From Chiloscyllium plagiosum (taxonomy: Eukaryota): a DNA stretch of 20,000 nt. The translations under genes and the position numbers were made by a program. The notes below the pieces were generated by a model. It made no database searches, had not been told where the DNA came from, and was given only the letters and a program-made list of their open reading frames with translations. The stretch lies in assembly GCF_004010195.1 (NCBI RefSeq), contig NC_057753.1, forward strand, positions 224,668 through 244,667, in the 5' to 3' direction. Shown here piece after piece: positions 1 to 10,699 of this stretch (positions within the stretch are counted from its first letter, which is position 1; every line of letters begins with the position of its first letter).

Positions 1-323
1 AGGATTTGAGCTATAGGGAAAGGCTGAACAGGCTGGGGCTGTTTTCCCTGGAGCTTCGTAGTCTGAGGGGTGACCTGATAGAGGTTTACAAAATCATGAG
101 GGGTATGGATGGGGTAATAGGCAAAGTCTTTTCTCTGGGGTGGGGAGTCCAGAACTGGAGGTTTAGGGTGAGAGGGGAAAGATATAAAAGAGACCTACAG
201 CGCAACTTTTCACACAGAGGGTGGTACGTGCATGGAATGAGCTGCCAGAGGATGTGGTGGAGGCTGGTACGGTTGGGTTGGGATATCTGGTCGGCATGGA
301 CAGGTTGGATCGAAGGGTCTGTT

Positions 324-450
324 ATGAGAAAGTGAGGACTGCAGATGCTGGAGATCAGAGCTGAAAAATGTGTTGCTGGAAAAGCGCAGCAGGTCAGACA
401 GCATCCAAGGAGCAGGAGAATCGACGTTTCGGGCATAAGCCCTTCTTCAG
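324..450 (-). mobile_element. Short Penelope-like terminal (pseudo-LTR) element, family A copy 1
   Basis: Homologous to 5114-5243 and 7651-7845. Flanked by direct repeat GAAGGGTCTGTT (312-323, 451-462). Carries a hammerhead motif at its 5' end. Confidence 0.75.
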
Positions 451-453
451 GAA
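419..453 (-). ncRNA. Minimal type-I hammerhead ribozyme motif, core intact
   Basis: Minus strand reads UUC CUGAAGA A GGGC-UUAU-GCCC GAAA CG UC GAUU: CUGANGA box, 4-bp stem II, GAAA, palindromic ACGU and a GUC triplet. Confidence 0.7.
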
Positions 454-602
454 GGGTCTGTTTCCATGCTGTACATCTCTATGACTCTATAATTAGCTGT
501 CTGGAGGGTAGTGGAAGGGGGAGATGAACGAATTGAAAAAGAAACCAGTTGAATACTTGAGGGGAATAAACTTACAGACAATGGGAACAGAACATAAGCA
601 AG

Positions 603-2022
603 TGTCAAGCCTCACTGAGGTGGTGCGCTGGAAATCAGGCTCTGCTATTCCCACAGGCATCACAAACTTTAAGGTCTTTAAAAATGCACAGAATCCCCAA
701 TTCTCCTGTCCATTAGACCCAGGTTTACAGAAAGCACTCCCAGATTTCCATACTTGGTAATTACTACTTATTACAAACGAATAGATGGTCAGCACATAAC
801 TCTACAAATTAAAACTCTAGTCCTGTTATAGACTCCCTTTGCAAACACACAAACACAGACAGGAAATAAAAACATGAGTGTTATGGGCAGACGGAAAGGC
901 TGGGAAGGCAGCTCAATGGTTTCTGTTCACAACCACTGAGATGTCTCTTGCGTTGATTCAGAATGCTGCTTTTTGATTTTTTTTCTCTCAGAAAGCTCTC
1001 ACTGGTTTGCAGGAGGGACAGGGTGACTCATTCACACTCAATGATCACTGACTTGTTAGGTAAGTCATAGCCTACATCAACTGAGGGAGAAATGTATTGA
1101 TTTTCTGGAGGATTAAAGTGACTTTTTGCTGCAGAGACTTGTGGAGACCTGAAGGCATCTCCCTTTCTTGTGCACAAGCCCAGGCTCTTCAGCTACCTGG
1201 GAAACAATAACGTACTTCGACAAATACCTATTTTTTTGCCATTGATAACTGGTCACTAGTCCACGGACCAATCAAGTACCGGTTGCCGGCTGAATCCCCA
1301 TTTGTACATGACCCCCGCCTCCAGCTTGGCTACAAACTTTCCACTCCTGCAATTGGAAGGATGTTGTGAAACTTGAAAAGGTTAATGAAAGATTTTCAAA
1401 GATGCTGCTGAGGTTGGAGGGTTTGAGCTATATGGAGAGGCTGAATAGGCTGGGGTTACTTTCCCTGGAGCGTCGGAGGCTGAGGGGTGACCTTATGGAG
1501 ATTTAGAAGATCATGAGAGGCATTTACAGGGTGAATAGCCATGGTCTTTTCCCCAGGGTAGGGGAGTTCAATCTAGAGGGCATAGGTTTAAGGTGAATGG
1601 GGAAAGATTTAAAAGGGACCTAAGGGGCAACTTTTCACACAGATGGTGGTGTGTGTATAGAATGTTACCAGAGGTGGTGGAGGAGGCTGGTACAATTACA
1701 ACATTTAAAAGGCATCTGGATGGGCGTATGAATAGGAAGGGTTTAGAGGGATCTGAGCCAATTGCCAGAAAATGGGAAGATTGGTTTAGGATACCTGGTT
1801 GGGATGGATGGGTTGGACTGTAGGGTCTGTTCCTGTGCTGTGCAACTCTATGACTCTACTGCTTGAATTAGCAGCTGTGTAAACCATAATTACAAAGAGC
1901 ACCTGGTTACTTGTTTCTTTAGAAGTGCAGCCACCTTTCAATAATCATTGGTTTTAAAGACAGTTCACTTCTCATTTCAGTTCACTAGTTGTTTTTTGTT
2001 TGAGAGACATGGCTTGACTACA
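603..2022 (-). mobile_element. Putative solo LTR splitting an old CR1 3' end, itself interrupted by a CR1 at 1354-1858
   Basis: Starts TGTCAAGCC (603-611) and ends GGCTTGAC(TACA) (2011-2022), a short terminal inverted repeat. Has a minus-strand AATAAA at ~768-773. Flanks (~497-602, ~2025-2075) resemble consecutive CR1 3' sequence. No clean TSD. Confidence 0.4.
1354..1858 (+). mobile_element. 5'-truncated CR1/HER1-type LINE 3' end
   Basis: Paralogous to 1-490 and 6610-7210; ends CTCTATGACTCTA. Confidence 0.9.
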
Positions 2023-2189
2023 CCAGAGAGACTATAGGCAGCTGGCCTCATTCCTCTGTCCTGCAATGACTCTAAGTAACTCAACAATACAGTCCGATGA
2101 CACCGGATCTTGGCAAATTTTGCTTCCTTCTCGATTAGCACACAGTGCTGCACATTAGCAGTAGCTAGCAATCATGGTTAACCAAGAAT

Positions 2190-2573
2190 GTCGTTTTCAA
2201 AACATTCTCTATCGTGGGATGTAGATATCACTGGCAAATATTTACTGCCCACCTCTCACTGCCATTGAACTGAGTGCGTTGCTTGGGCCATTTCCAGGGA
2301 GAGTTAAGAATCAACTACATTGCTGTGGGTCAGGAGTTGTCCTTACATGGTCTGGTCTACATACAACAGGATTTCCTATCCTAAGAGGTATCAGTGACTG
2401 TTTTAATGACAACAGATGATAGACTCATGGCCACCACCACGGAGATGAGCTGCCAGATTTATTAATGGAAACTAAATTCCAGCACAGTTTGCGGTTCGAT
2501 TTGAACCCACACCCCCATGGCATCAGAATGTGCTGCTGGTTTACTAGTCAAGTGACATTGGCACTACACCATC
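2190..2573 (-). mobile_element. Old tRNA-headed SINE (possibly DeuSINE/SacSINE1-like)
   Basis: Minus-strand A-box-like TGGTGTAGTG and B-box-like GGTTCAAATC. Body is similar to 11550-11780 (CATTGCTGTGGGTCAGGAGT vs CATTGCTATGGGTCAAGAGT). Confidence 0.5.
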
Positions 2574-3086
2574 TGCAGTGCACACTGAGGAACTATTGCC
2601 ACCTCCAGTGGGGCTGCCCTGCTGCCGAGATAAAAGCCACACTAGGATGGGGATGGGGGAGGGAAGGATCTGGGACCTCGGCAAGAAGGTGCGCGTCAGC
2701 GAATACAGCTCCGTCAGGAAGCTGGGACGACTCAGCCCATTTTACCGCAGGTTAACCCAGGAGAGTGAGGCGGACCTTTGAGCACAAGTGGACGGGCTGT
2801 GCCTTTGTCCCTTCCAGTGCCCAGGTGGACGGCAGATCACATGCCAGTCCTGTTTCCAGACATCAAGCAAATTCCCTTCATCAACTACGTGTCACCTCAC
2901 CACAAAACTCATTCAAGTTTGTCTCAACCCAATTCGCCCGTGACAAATTAACAGAGTGGGGACTTACTCGGTGGGAAATTTGGGATGGGAAGGATGCAGC
3001 TGAGACAATGGAGGAGCTAATCGAGATGCAAGTGACATGCACGCCGAGACGGGATCTGGTGCAGGAATTCAAAATCATGAGGCGCC

Positions 3087-4325
3087 TCAACAGGGGAGAT
3101 CTATTCCCTGCCTATTCACACGTCCAACAAGATGCCTCTGAAATGCTGCTATTGTATCCACCTCTGGCAGCATATTCCAAGCACTTGCCACCCTCTTTTG
3201 GGGAAAAAAAAACATCTTACCTCTCACATCTCCTTTAAACCTTCCTACTTTTAACTTAAACCTACATACCCAAGCAATTGACACTTCCATGGGGAAACAA
3301 AAAGAAAGAGACTCAACTATCCATGCCCCCCCATAATTCTGTAAACTTTTATTGAAGTGAAAACAAGCCAAGTTTGTCCAATCTCTCCTCATGGCTAATA
3401 CCCTCCAAACCAGGCAACATCTGAGTAAACTGCTTCTGTACCCTCTTCAAAGTCTCCACATGATTCTTGTAGCGTGGTGACCAGAACTCGACACAATATT
3501 CCAAATGCGGCCTAACTGAAGTTCTGTATAGCTGCAACATTACTGGTCAATTTTTATACTCTATTCCCCAACCATTGAATGAGAGGATACTATATGGCCT
3601 TCTTGATGATCTTATCCACTCGGTGTTGCCACATCCAGGGAATTGTGGACCTGTATGCAGAGATCCCTCTGTATGTTGATATTATTAAGGTTCTACCATT
3701 TATCGTATACTTACCTCTGGCGTCAATCTTCTAAGATGCGTCACCTTGTATTTGTCTGGATTAAACTCTATTCTGTTGCTTCTCCTATCTATATCCTGCT
3801 GTACCCTGGCAATTCACTTCACTGTCTGCAGCTCCCCCAGTTTTTGTATTGTTCACAAACTTAGTCACCAGGCCACTAAATCATTGCCAACACCAGGTGT
3901 CCCAGCCCTGAACCCCATGGAATACCCACTGGTCGCAGATCTCCAGCCAGAAAAATGCCCTTCCATGCTACTCTCTGTGACTAAGCTGTTCTGTGTCCAT
4001 CTTCCCAGCTCACAACAGATCCACTGTGGCTTTTGTATCAGTCCGTCTGCCATGCGTGACCCAGGGAGGCCTGCAGTACAACCTTAAAGTGACTGCACCC
4101 TTTCTATTCCCACGATTTATCCACATGGCCTCACGACTCACGGCCTCCAAGGTGTCATCTTGTCAGTATAGAAGTGTTATTCTCCCAAATCAGGAACACA
4201 ACTCACCCATCTCTTTTATATTCCTCTCTATCATGTCTGAGACATCTACATCCTGGCATATTAAGCTGCCAGCCTTGCCCCTCGTTCAACCAAGTCTCTG
4301 TAATAGCTACAGCATCATAGTTATA
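3087..4325 (-). mobile_element. Decayed CR1 LINE ORF2 fragments (RT C-terminus and endonuclease)
   Basis: LQLYRTSVRPHLEYCVEFWSPRY (CR1 RT C-terminus) and YDAVAITETWL (APE-type endonuclease motif); many stops and frameshifts. Confidence 0.85.
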
Positions 4326-4328
4326 TAC

Positions 4329-5040
4329 AGTCACAGATGTACAGCACAAGCAAAGACCCCTCAGTCCAAGTCGTCCATGCTGAATGGATATCCTAAACTG
4401 ATCTAGTCCCATTTGCCAGCACTTGGCCCATATCCCTCCAAACCCTTCCTATTCATATACCCATCCAAATGCCTTTTAAATGCTGTAATTGTACCAGCCT
4501 CCACCACTTCTCTGGCAACTCATTTCATATACACACACCACCCTCTGTGAGAAAAAGTTGCCCCTCGGGTACCTTTTAAATCTTTTCCCTCTCACCTTAA
4601 CCCTGTGCCCTCTAGTTTTGGACTCACCTATGATGGGAAAAAGAACTTGGCTATCCACCCTATCCACGCCTCTCGTGATTTCACAAATCTTTATATGATC
4701 ACCCCTCAGCCTCGCTGTTCCAGGAAAAATATCCCCAGCCTATTCAGCCTCTCGCTATAACTCAAATCCTCCAACCCCAGCAACAGCCTTGTAAACCTTT
4801 TCTGAACCCTTTCAAGTTTCACCACATCTTTCCTATAGCAGAAAGACCAGAATTGAACACAGTATTCCAATAGCGGCCGAACCAATGTCCTGTGCAGCTA
4901 CAATGTGACCTCCCAACTCCTACACTGACCAGTAAAGCAAGCACATCAAACTCCTCCTTCACTAACTTGTCTAGCCCAACTCCACTGTCAAGGAACGATG
5001 AGCCTGCACTCCAAGGTCTCTTTGTCCGGCAACACTCCCC
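4329..5040 (-). mobile_element. CR1/HER1-type LINE 3' end
   Basis: Reverse complement of the 3' region seen at 1354-1858 (ESKTRGHRVKVRGKRFKR), with the tail at ~4330. Confidence 0.9.
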
Positions 5041-5113
5041 GCTCTCGTGAAAGGATTGGGTTGAAGGAGGCACAGATTGAAAGTAACAGGCAAAAGTGCC
5101 AAAGATAAATGTT

Positions 5114-5243
5114 TTCCTGATGAAGAGCTTATGCTCACAACGTCCACTCTCCTGCTCCTCGGATGCTGCCTGACCTACTGTGCTTTTCCAGCACCACACT
5201 CTCGACTCTGATCTCCATGCATCTGCAGTCCTTACTTTCTCAT
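5114..5243 (+). mobile_element. Penelope-like family A copy 2, degenerate hammerhead
   Basis: CTGATGA A GAGC-TTAT-GCTC ACAA CGTC, followed by the family body to ...CTGCAGTCCTTACTTTCTC. Confidence 0.72.
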
Positions 5244-5259
5244 AGCAAGTAATTCTGGT

Positions 5260-5760
5260 CTGTAATCAGCGTGCCTGCCATGCCTGACCTCATACAAAGT
5301 ATTGCTAAAGTCAATATCGACCACTCGGCCTTCATTAATCACTTCTGTCACTTCTTCAACAACCTTCCCCGCAGAAAGCCATGCTGCCGATCACTAATAA
5401 GTCTATATTTTTCCCCAGATCGGAGTAAATCCTAAGAATCTTCTCCAATAGTTGCCCAATTACTGGCCTGTAATTGCCTAGATTATCCTTAGACCCTTAA
5501 ACAAAGGAACAACATTGGCTATTTGCCAGTTCCCTGGGATTTCTCCTGTCACTAAAGAATTCACACAACGCCCCAACAATTTCTTCATTTGCCTCCCTTA
5601 GCATTCTGGGAGAGACCCCATCGTGCTTTGTGGACCTGTCCATCATAACGCTTTTTAAAACACCAAACACCGTTTTCTTTTGTATAATTGTCATGTACCA
5701 GAACATCAAAATGCTGCTTCTGAGAGCCCACCATCCACCATGTCCACCTCTTTTGTGAAT
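5260..5760 (-). mobile_element. Decayed CR1 ORF2 fragments
   Basis: DGVSPRMLREANEEI...ANSQC resembles the CR1 pre-RT region. Confidence 0.65.
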
Positions 5761-5824
5761 CCTGATTCAAAGTATTTATTGAGGACTTCAGAGACTCCGA
5801 TGGTTTTGGGAGGGCGAGGGTAAC

Positions 5825-6066
5825 GTTCACTTGAATGGCTTGCATCTGGAGTGTACAGCTTAAGGCAATGACGGAGGCAGGTTCACTCGAGAAGTTAGGG
5901 TGTGGCGCACACAGTCCAAGACTATCTTGGTGCTGGTGATCACTTGCGCGGTTATTTTGTGGAGTTCACAGCCCGAGATGGGGTACAAGGCAGGTCACTC
6001 GAGTGGTTAGGGTGTAGACTGCACAACAGACTGTGGTTGAGGCAAAGAGAAATTGGATGGTTATTT
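5825..6066. repeat. Degenerate ~56-57 bp tandem repeat with alternating units
   Basis: TCACT(C/T)G..GGTTA-like motif at ~5827, 5883, 5940, 5995 and partly ~6051. AGGCAGG(T)TCACTCGAG..GTTAGGGTGT occurs at 5875 and 5988. Confidence 0.55.
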
Positions 6067-6609
6067 GTGAAGGAATAACGTGCGAGGTTGGGAGGAAGGA
6101 ACGGGAGAGTCGCACCATGTTGCGGATGCTAGGTCAGATAGCCAGTGCAAACATGATGGGCCAAACTGTAGGTGCTTGAAGGGAAAGACACTGAGATGTA
6201 CTGAACCTGATCAAAAGAGATTCTGGAGATCTTGGATTGCCAGTGCAACAGTTTGGAAAGAGCAGACAGTGCATGATCCCTTTGCAAAGGTCCAGGGGCA
6301 TGGTTTGAAGCTCTCCCCTTCTCAGCTGGCTGTATGTGTGATCAGCATTACACTACTAGATGGCACTGTTGTACCAAATATACTTCAGACCAGATTGGGA
6401 GCAAATATTTCAGCTGCCATGCAATTAGCACTATAGTAATAAATGTACACACTCTTTCCCAAATGAGTAGCAACTTGCAGCAAACTAAATTATAATTGTG
6501 TGCAAGTTACTCAGTTTTAATCTGCCAAAATGCCCCAAACTAACCATCACAAATGCAAATATTTTGGTGCTTCTTAAGCTTGCAACTGTGGAAGACAGAC
6601 TGGTGAGGA

Positions 6610-7210
6610 TGCCTTTATGGCATTGAGTATAAGACTTGGGGGGGGAGGTCACATTGCGGCTGTACAGGGCATTGGTTCGACCACTGTTGGAATATGTTCA
6701 ATTCTGGGTCCCCCTGCTATAGGAAAGATGTTGCCAAACTTGAAAGGATTCAGAAAAGATTTAGAAGGATGTTGCCAGAGATTGAGGGTTTGAGCTATAG
6801 CGAGGGACTGAATACGCTGAGGCTGAGCATCAGAGGCCGAGAGGTGACCTTATCGAGGCTTATAAAATCATGAGGGGCACGGACAAGGTGAATAGTCAAG
6901 ATCTTTTTCCTATGGGAGTCCAAAACTAGAGGGCATAGGATTAAAGTGAGGAGGAAAACATTTAAAAGGGACCCGAGTGGCAATGTTTTCATGTAGAGGG
7001 TGGTTTTTTGTGTGGAACAGAGGAAGTGGTGGAGGCTGGTAAAATTACAACATTTAAAAGGCATCTGGATGGGTAAGTGAATGGGAAGGGTTGGGAGGGA
7101 TATGGGTCAAGTGCTGGCAAACGGGACTAGATTAATTAGGATATTGGGCCAGCACAGAAGAGTTGGCCTAATGGGTCCATTTCCATGCTGCACATCTCCA
7201 TGATTCTATG
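6610..7210 (+). mobile_element. CR1/HER1-type LINE 3' fragment
   Basis: Paralogous to 1354-1858; tail CATCTCCATGATTCTATG. Confidence 0.9.
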
Positions 7211-7252
7211 AGGTCAAGCACGTTTGCTTTCCTCTTAGTGGCTCCTTCACTA

Positions 7253-8900
7253 ACTGGAGGGTGGCTAATGTTGTCCCATTTTCAAGAAAAGAGGGAGAGA
7301 GAAAACAGGGAATTATAGACCGGTTAGCCTGACGTCAGTGGTGGGAAAGATGCTGGAGTCAATTATGAAAGATGAAATTACGACTCATTTGGATAGCAGT
7401 AACAGGATAGGTCTGAGTCAGCATGGATTTACGAAGGGGAAATAGTGCTTGACTAACCTCCTGGAATGTTTTGAGGATGCAACTATGAAGATGGACAAGG
7501 GAGAGCCAGTGAATATAGTGTACCTAGACTTTCAGAAAGCCTTTGATAAGGTCCCACATAGGAGACTAATGAGCAAAATTAGGGCACATGGTATTGGGGC
7601 AAAATACTGACTTGGATTGAAAATTGGCTGGCTGACAGGAAGCAAACAGTGCTTAAAAATGTGTTGCTGGAAAAGCACAGCAGGTCAGGCAGCATCAAAG
7701 GAGAAGGAGAATTGACATTTCTGAAGAAGGGCTTATGCCTGAACCGTCGATTCTCCTTCTCCTTTGATGCTGCCTGACCTGCTGCGCTTTTCCAGGAACA
7801 CATTTTTAAGCTCTGATCCCCAGGATCTGCAGTCCTCACTTTCTCCAGGAAGCAAACAGTAGTGATGAATGGGTCCCTATCGGAATGGCAGGCGGTAACC
7901 AGTGAGGTACCACAAGGTTCGGTGCTGGGACCGCAGCTGTTTACAATATACATTAGTGATATAGATGAAAGTATTAAAAGTAATATTAGCAAATTTGCTG
8001 ATGACACAAAGCTGGGTGGCAGGGTGAAATGTGAGGATATTAGGAGATCACAGGGTGACCTGGACAGGTTAGGTGAGTGGACGGATGCAGCTTAACGTGG
8101 ATAAATGTGTGGTTATCCACTTTGGTGGCAAGAACAGGAAGGCAGAATACTGTCAAAATGGAGTCAAGTTAGGTAAAGGAGCAATACAACAAGATCTAGG
8201 TGTTCTTGTACATCAGTCAATGAAAGCAAGCATGCAGGTACAGCAGGCAGTGAAGAAAGCTAATGGATTGCTGGCCTTCGTAACAAGAGGAATTGAGTAT
8301 AGGAGCAAAGAGATCCTTCTGCAGCTGTACCCAGGGCCCTGGTGAGATCGCACCTGGAGTATTGTGTGCAGTTTTGGTCTCCAAATTTGAGGAAAGACAT
8401 TCTGGCTATTGAGGGAGTGCAGGGTAGGTTCACGAGGTCAATTCCCAGAATGGCGGGACTATCTTACGCTGAAAGATTGGAGTGATTGGGCTTATATACC
8501 CTTGAGTTTAGAAGGCTGAGAGGGGATCTGATTGAGACGTATAAGGTTATTAAAGGATTGGACACGCTGGACGCAGGAGGCAAGATTCCACTGATGGGTG
8601 GGTCCAAAACCAGAGGATACGGTTTTAAAATAAGGGGTAGGCCATTTAGAAGAGTTGAGGAGAAACTTCATCACCCAGAGAGTTGTGGGTGTATGGAACG
8701 CTCTGCCCCAGAAGGCAGTGAAGGCCAAGTCTCTGGATACTTTCGAGAAAGAGTTGGATAGAGCTCTTAAAGATAGTGGAATCAAGGATTATGGGGATAA
8801 GGCAGGAACAGGATACTGATTGCGGGTGATCAGCCATGATCATAATGAATGGTGGTGCTGGCTCGAAGGGCCGAACGGCCTACTCCTTCACCAATTGTTA
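7253..8900 (+). mobile_element. ~1.6-kb 5'-truncated CR1 LINE with RT domain (inactive)
   Basis: [20 protein letters not shown]...[12 protein letters not shown] motifs and VYLDFQKAFDKVPH. Contains stops/frameshifts and an insertion at 7651-7845. Confidence 0.95.
7651..7845 (+). mobile_element. Penelope-like family A copy 3 with inverted partial copy (fold-back)
   Basis: 15-bp TSD CAGGAAGCAAACAGT (7636-7650, 7846-7860). Arms 7651-7721 and 7741-7811 are inverted. Hammerhead motif at 7721-7748. Confidence 0.8.
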
Positions 8901-8904
8901 AAAA

Positions 8905-9282
8905 AAAACTGCCACAGACCCAATCTAGCAGCAATGTCCTTTAGGACTCAAATAGTTTGGTCAGCCATGGCGCTTCTGAGCTACTTTCGCCGATGATCGT
9001 TGAAACCCCCCCCCACCAACCAAAGCACCCTTGTTACCCTCAGTGCTTCCTCCGCCTTGTGTTCAACGTGGAGGAAGCACTCAATCAGCAGCAGAGGTGG
9101 CTCAGGGTTCAGTACATGGTAGTCAGCAGGTTCCCTTTCCTAGACTTGCACAAGTATCACAAGGCCCAATTGGAGGGGGGAGGGGTTCAGGAGTCAATGT
9201 TGAGGCCTTCCAGGGCAACTCCCTCCAAAATAAGTATCACCGTGCCACCACCTCTGCTGAGTCCATCCTGTGGGTGAGGACA
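8905..9282 (-). mobile_element. Old LINE (CR1/L2-like) fragment
   Basis: Homologous to ~11050-11300 (GTTCAACGTGGAGGAAGCACT vs GTTCAACATGGAGAAGCACT; GTGCCACCACCT shared). Confidence 0.55.
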
Positions 9283-9593
9283 TGATTTAAAAAGGACAGA
9301 GAGAAAACAGAGTTACAGACTGGGTGGTTTGGGGGGGGGGGAAGGGGGAGGGTGTGCTTGACATTGGCACTCAGGAAAATGCTAGAATCCATTATAAGAT
9401 CAAAGAGCAGGACACTTGGAAAACAGTGACTGGATTGGATATAGTCGGCATGGATTTACAAAAGGAAAAATAATGCTTGACAACTCGACTGGAATTTTTC
9501 AGGTATTTAATTAGTAGTGATGATAAAAGGGAGCCACCAGATGTGATTCAGTTGGACTCCAAGAAGTCTTTTGACAAAGGTCCCACAAACAAA

Positions 9594-10399
9594 TGTCATG
9601 GACCGGACCAGACCAGACCAGACCCCCTCCAAATATTTTAAGAAGGTAGCCTTGACTTAACTTATTTCAGTAACTTTACCTTACTTTTAAGGCAAATGTA
9701 AACTGCCGTGTTGCAGATGCAACATAACCGGTCAAGTTATTTTATGTTAAGCAAAACACAATTTATTTAAATACTGCAGTTAAAACGCAACCAAAAGGAA
9801 GAGAAATTTAGAATAACCTAACTCTCAGAAAACTTCTCAGAACAATAGATACAGTAGTTAACTCTCCCAATGAAGTTACATCCCATAAACACACACTGAC
9901 AAAAAGGAAAACTCAGAAAAACAGATTTTGTCTCCCGTGCAATCAAGAAAGAGAACCCTCAGCTTTTGGTTGTAGTCGAAGGGGGGAAAAAACCCAGCTT
10001 CCACTTCTTCAAGCTCACAAAAGCAACTGCCTAAAGCTAAACCTAAAAACTGAAAAGAAAAAGGACTAGAAATCTTGGCCTGTGACAGCTGGATTCACCT
10101 CTCCAGGCTGCTTCTATCGTTCCCAACTTTAAACACAAACCCCCAAGGTCTCACAGGCTGTATAGAACAATACAGCGCAGAACAGGCCCTTCGGCCCTTG
10201 ATGTTGCGCCGACTGTGAACTATTCTCAGCTTGTCCCCCTACACTATCCCAAAATCATCCATGTGCTTATCTAAGGATTGCTTAAATCTCCCTGTATACT
10301 CTAGTGCTTTTGGTATCCTGCTCTATACTTTCCTTACAACCTCTCTTCAAAGCAAAAAAAAAACTAGGACAAAATAACCTGAAAGCCACAGCATAATCA
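9594..10399 (-). mobile_element. Putative solo LTR
   Basis: TG...CA-bounded block (TGTCATGG...CATAATCA) interrupting collinear CR1 sequence; minus-strand AATAAA at ~9762-9767. Confidence 0.55.
10165..10291 (-). mobile_element. Short CR1-type 3' end inserted in the putative LTR
   Basis: GAACAATACAGCGCAGAACAGGCCCTTCGGCCC tail; 7-bp TSD CTGTATA (10158-10164, 10292-10298). Confidence 0.75.
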
Positions 10400-10699
10400 G
10401 AGATCTGCACGTAAAATTAAACGCATGGGATTGGGAGTAGTGCACTATCACATATAGAGAACTGGTTGGCAGGCAGGAAACAATAAATGGTCCTTTTCCC
10501 CACGTGTCAACCAGACCTATAAAGGTAAAGTGTCCGACGTTCCAGGGAGAATAGCACCCATCTATTCAGCCTCTCAAACCGTCTAACCCTGGCAACATCC
10601 TTCCACACCTTCCCTGAACCCTTTGAAGTTTCACAATATCTTTGCTGCAGAAAGCAAGGAGACTGGAATAGTTTGTTGTTGTTTCACCAGGTATACATG

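Larger units (their letters stand above)
1..490 (+). mobile_element. CR1/HER1-type LINE 3' fragment, interrupted at 324-450
   Basis: Encodes SYRERLNRLGLFSLELRSLRGDLIEVYKIMRG (CR1 ORF2 C-terminus). Ends in the tail GTACATCTCTATGACTCTAT, similar to the tails at ~1850, ~7200 and ~16145. Confidence 0.9.
9375..10500 (+). mobile_element. Old CR1 RT fragment split by the 9594-10399 insertion
   Basis: CATGGATTTACAAAAGG...TTTGACAAAGGTCCCAC and AAAATTAAACGCATGGG are collinear with 7421-7640. Confidence 0.75.

Noticed and set aside
7862..8761. Functional reverse transcriptase gene
   Set aside because: 5'-truncated, frameshifted CR1 ORF2 with stops and an insertion.
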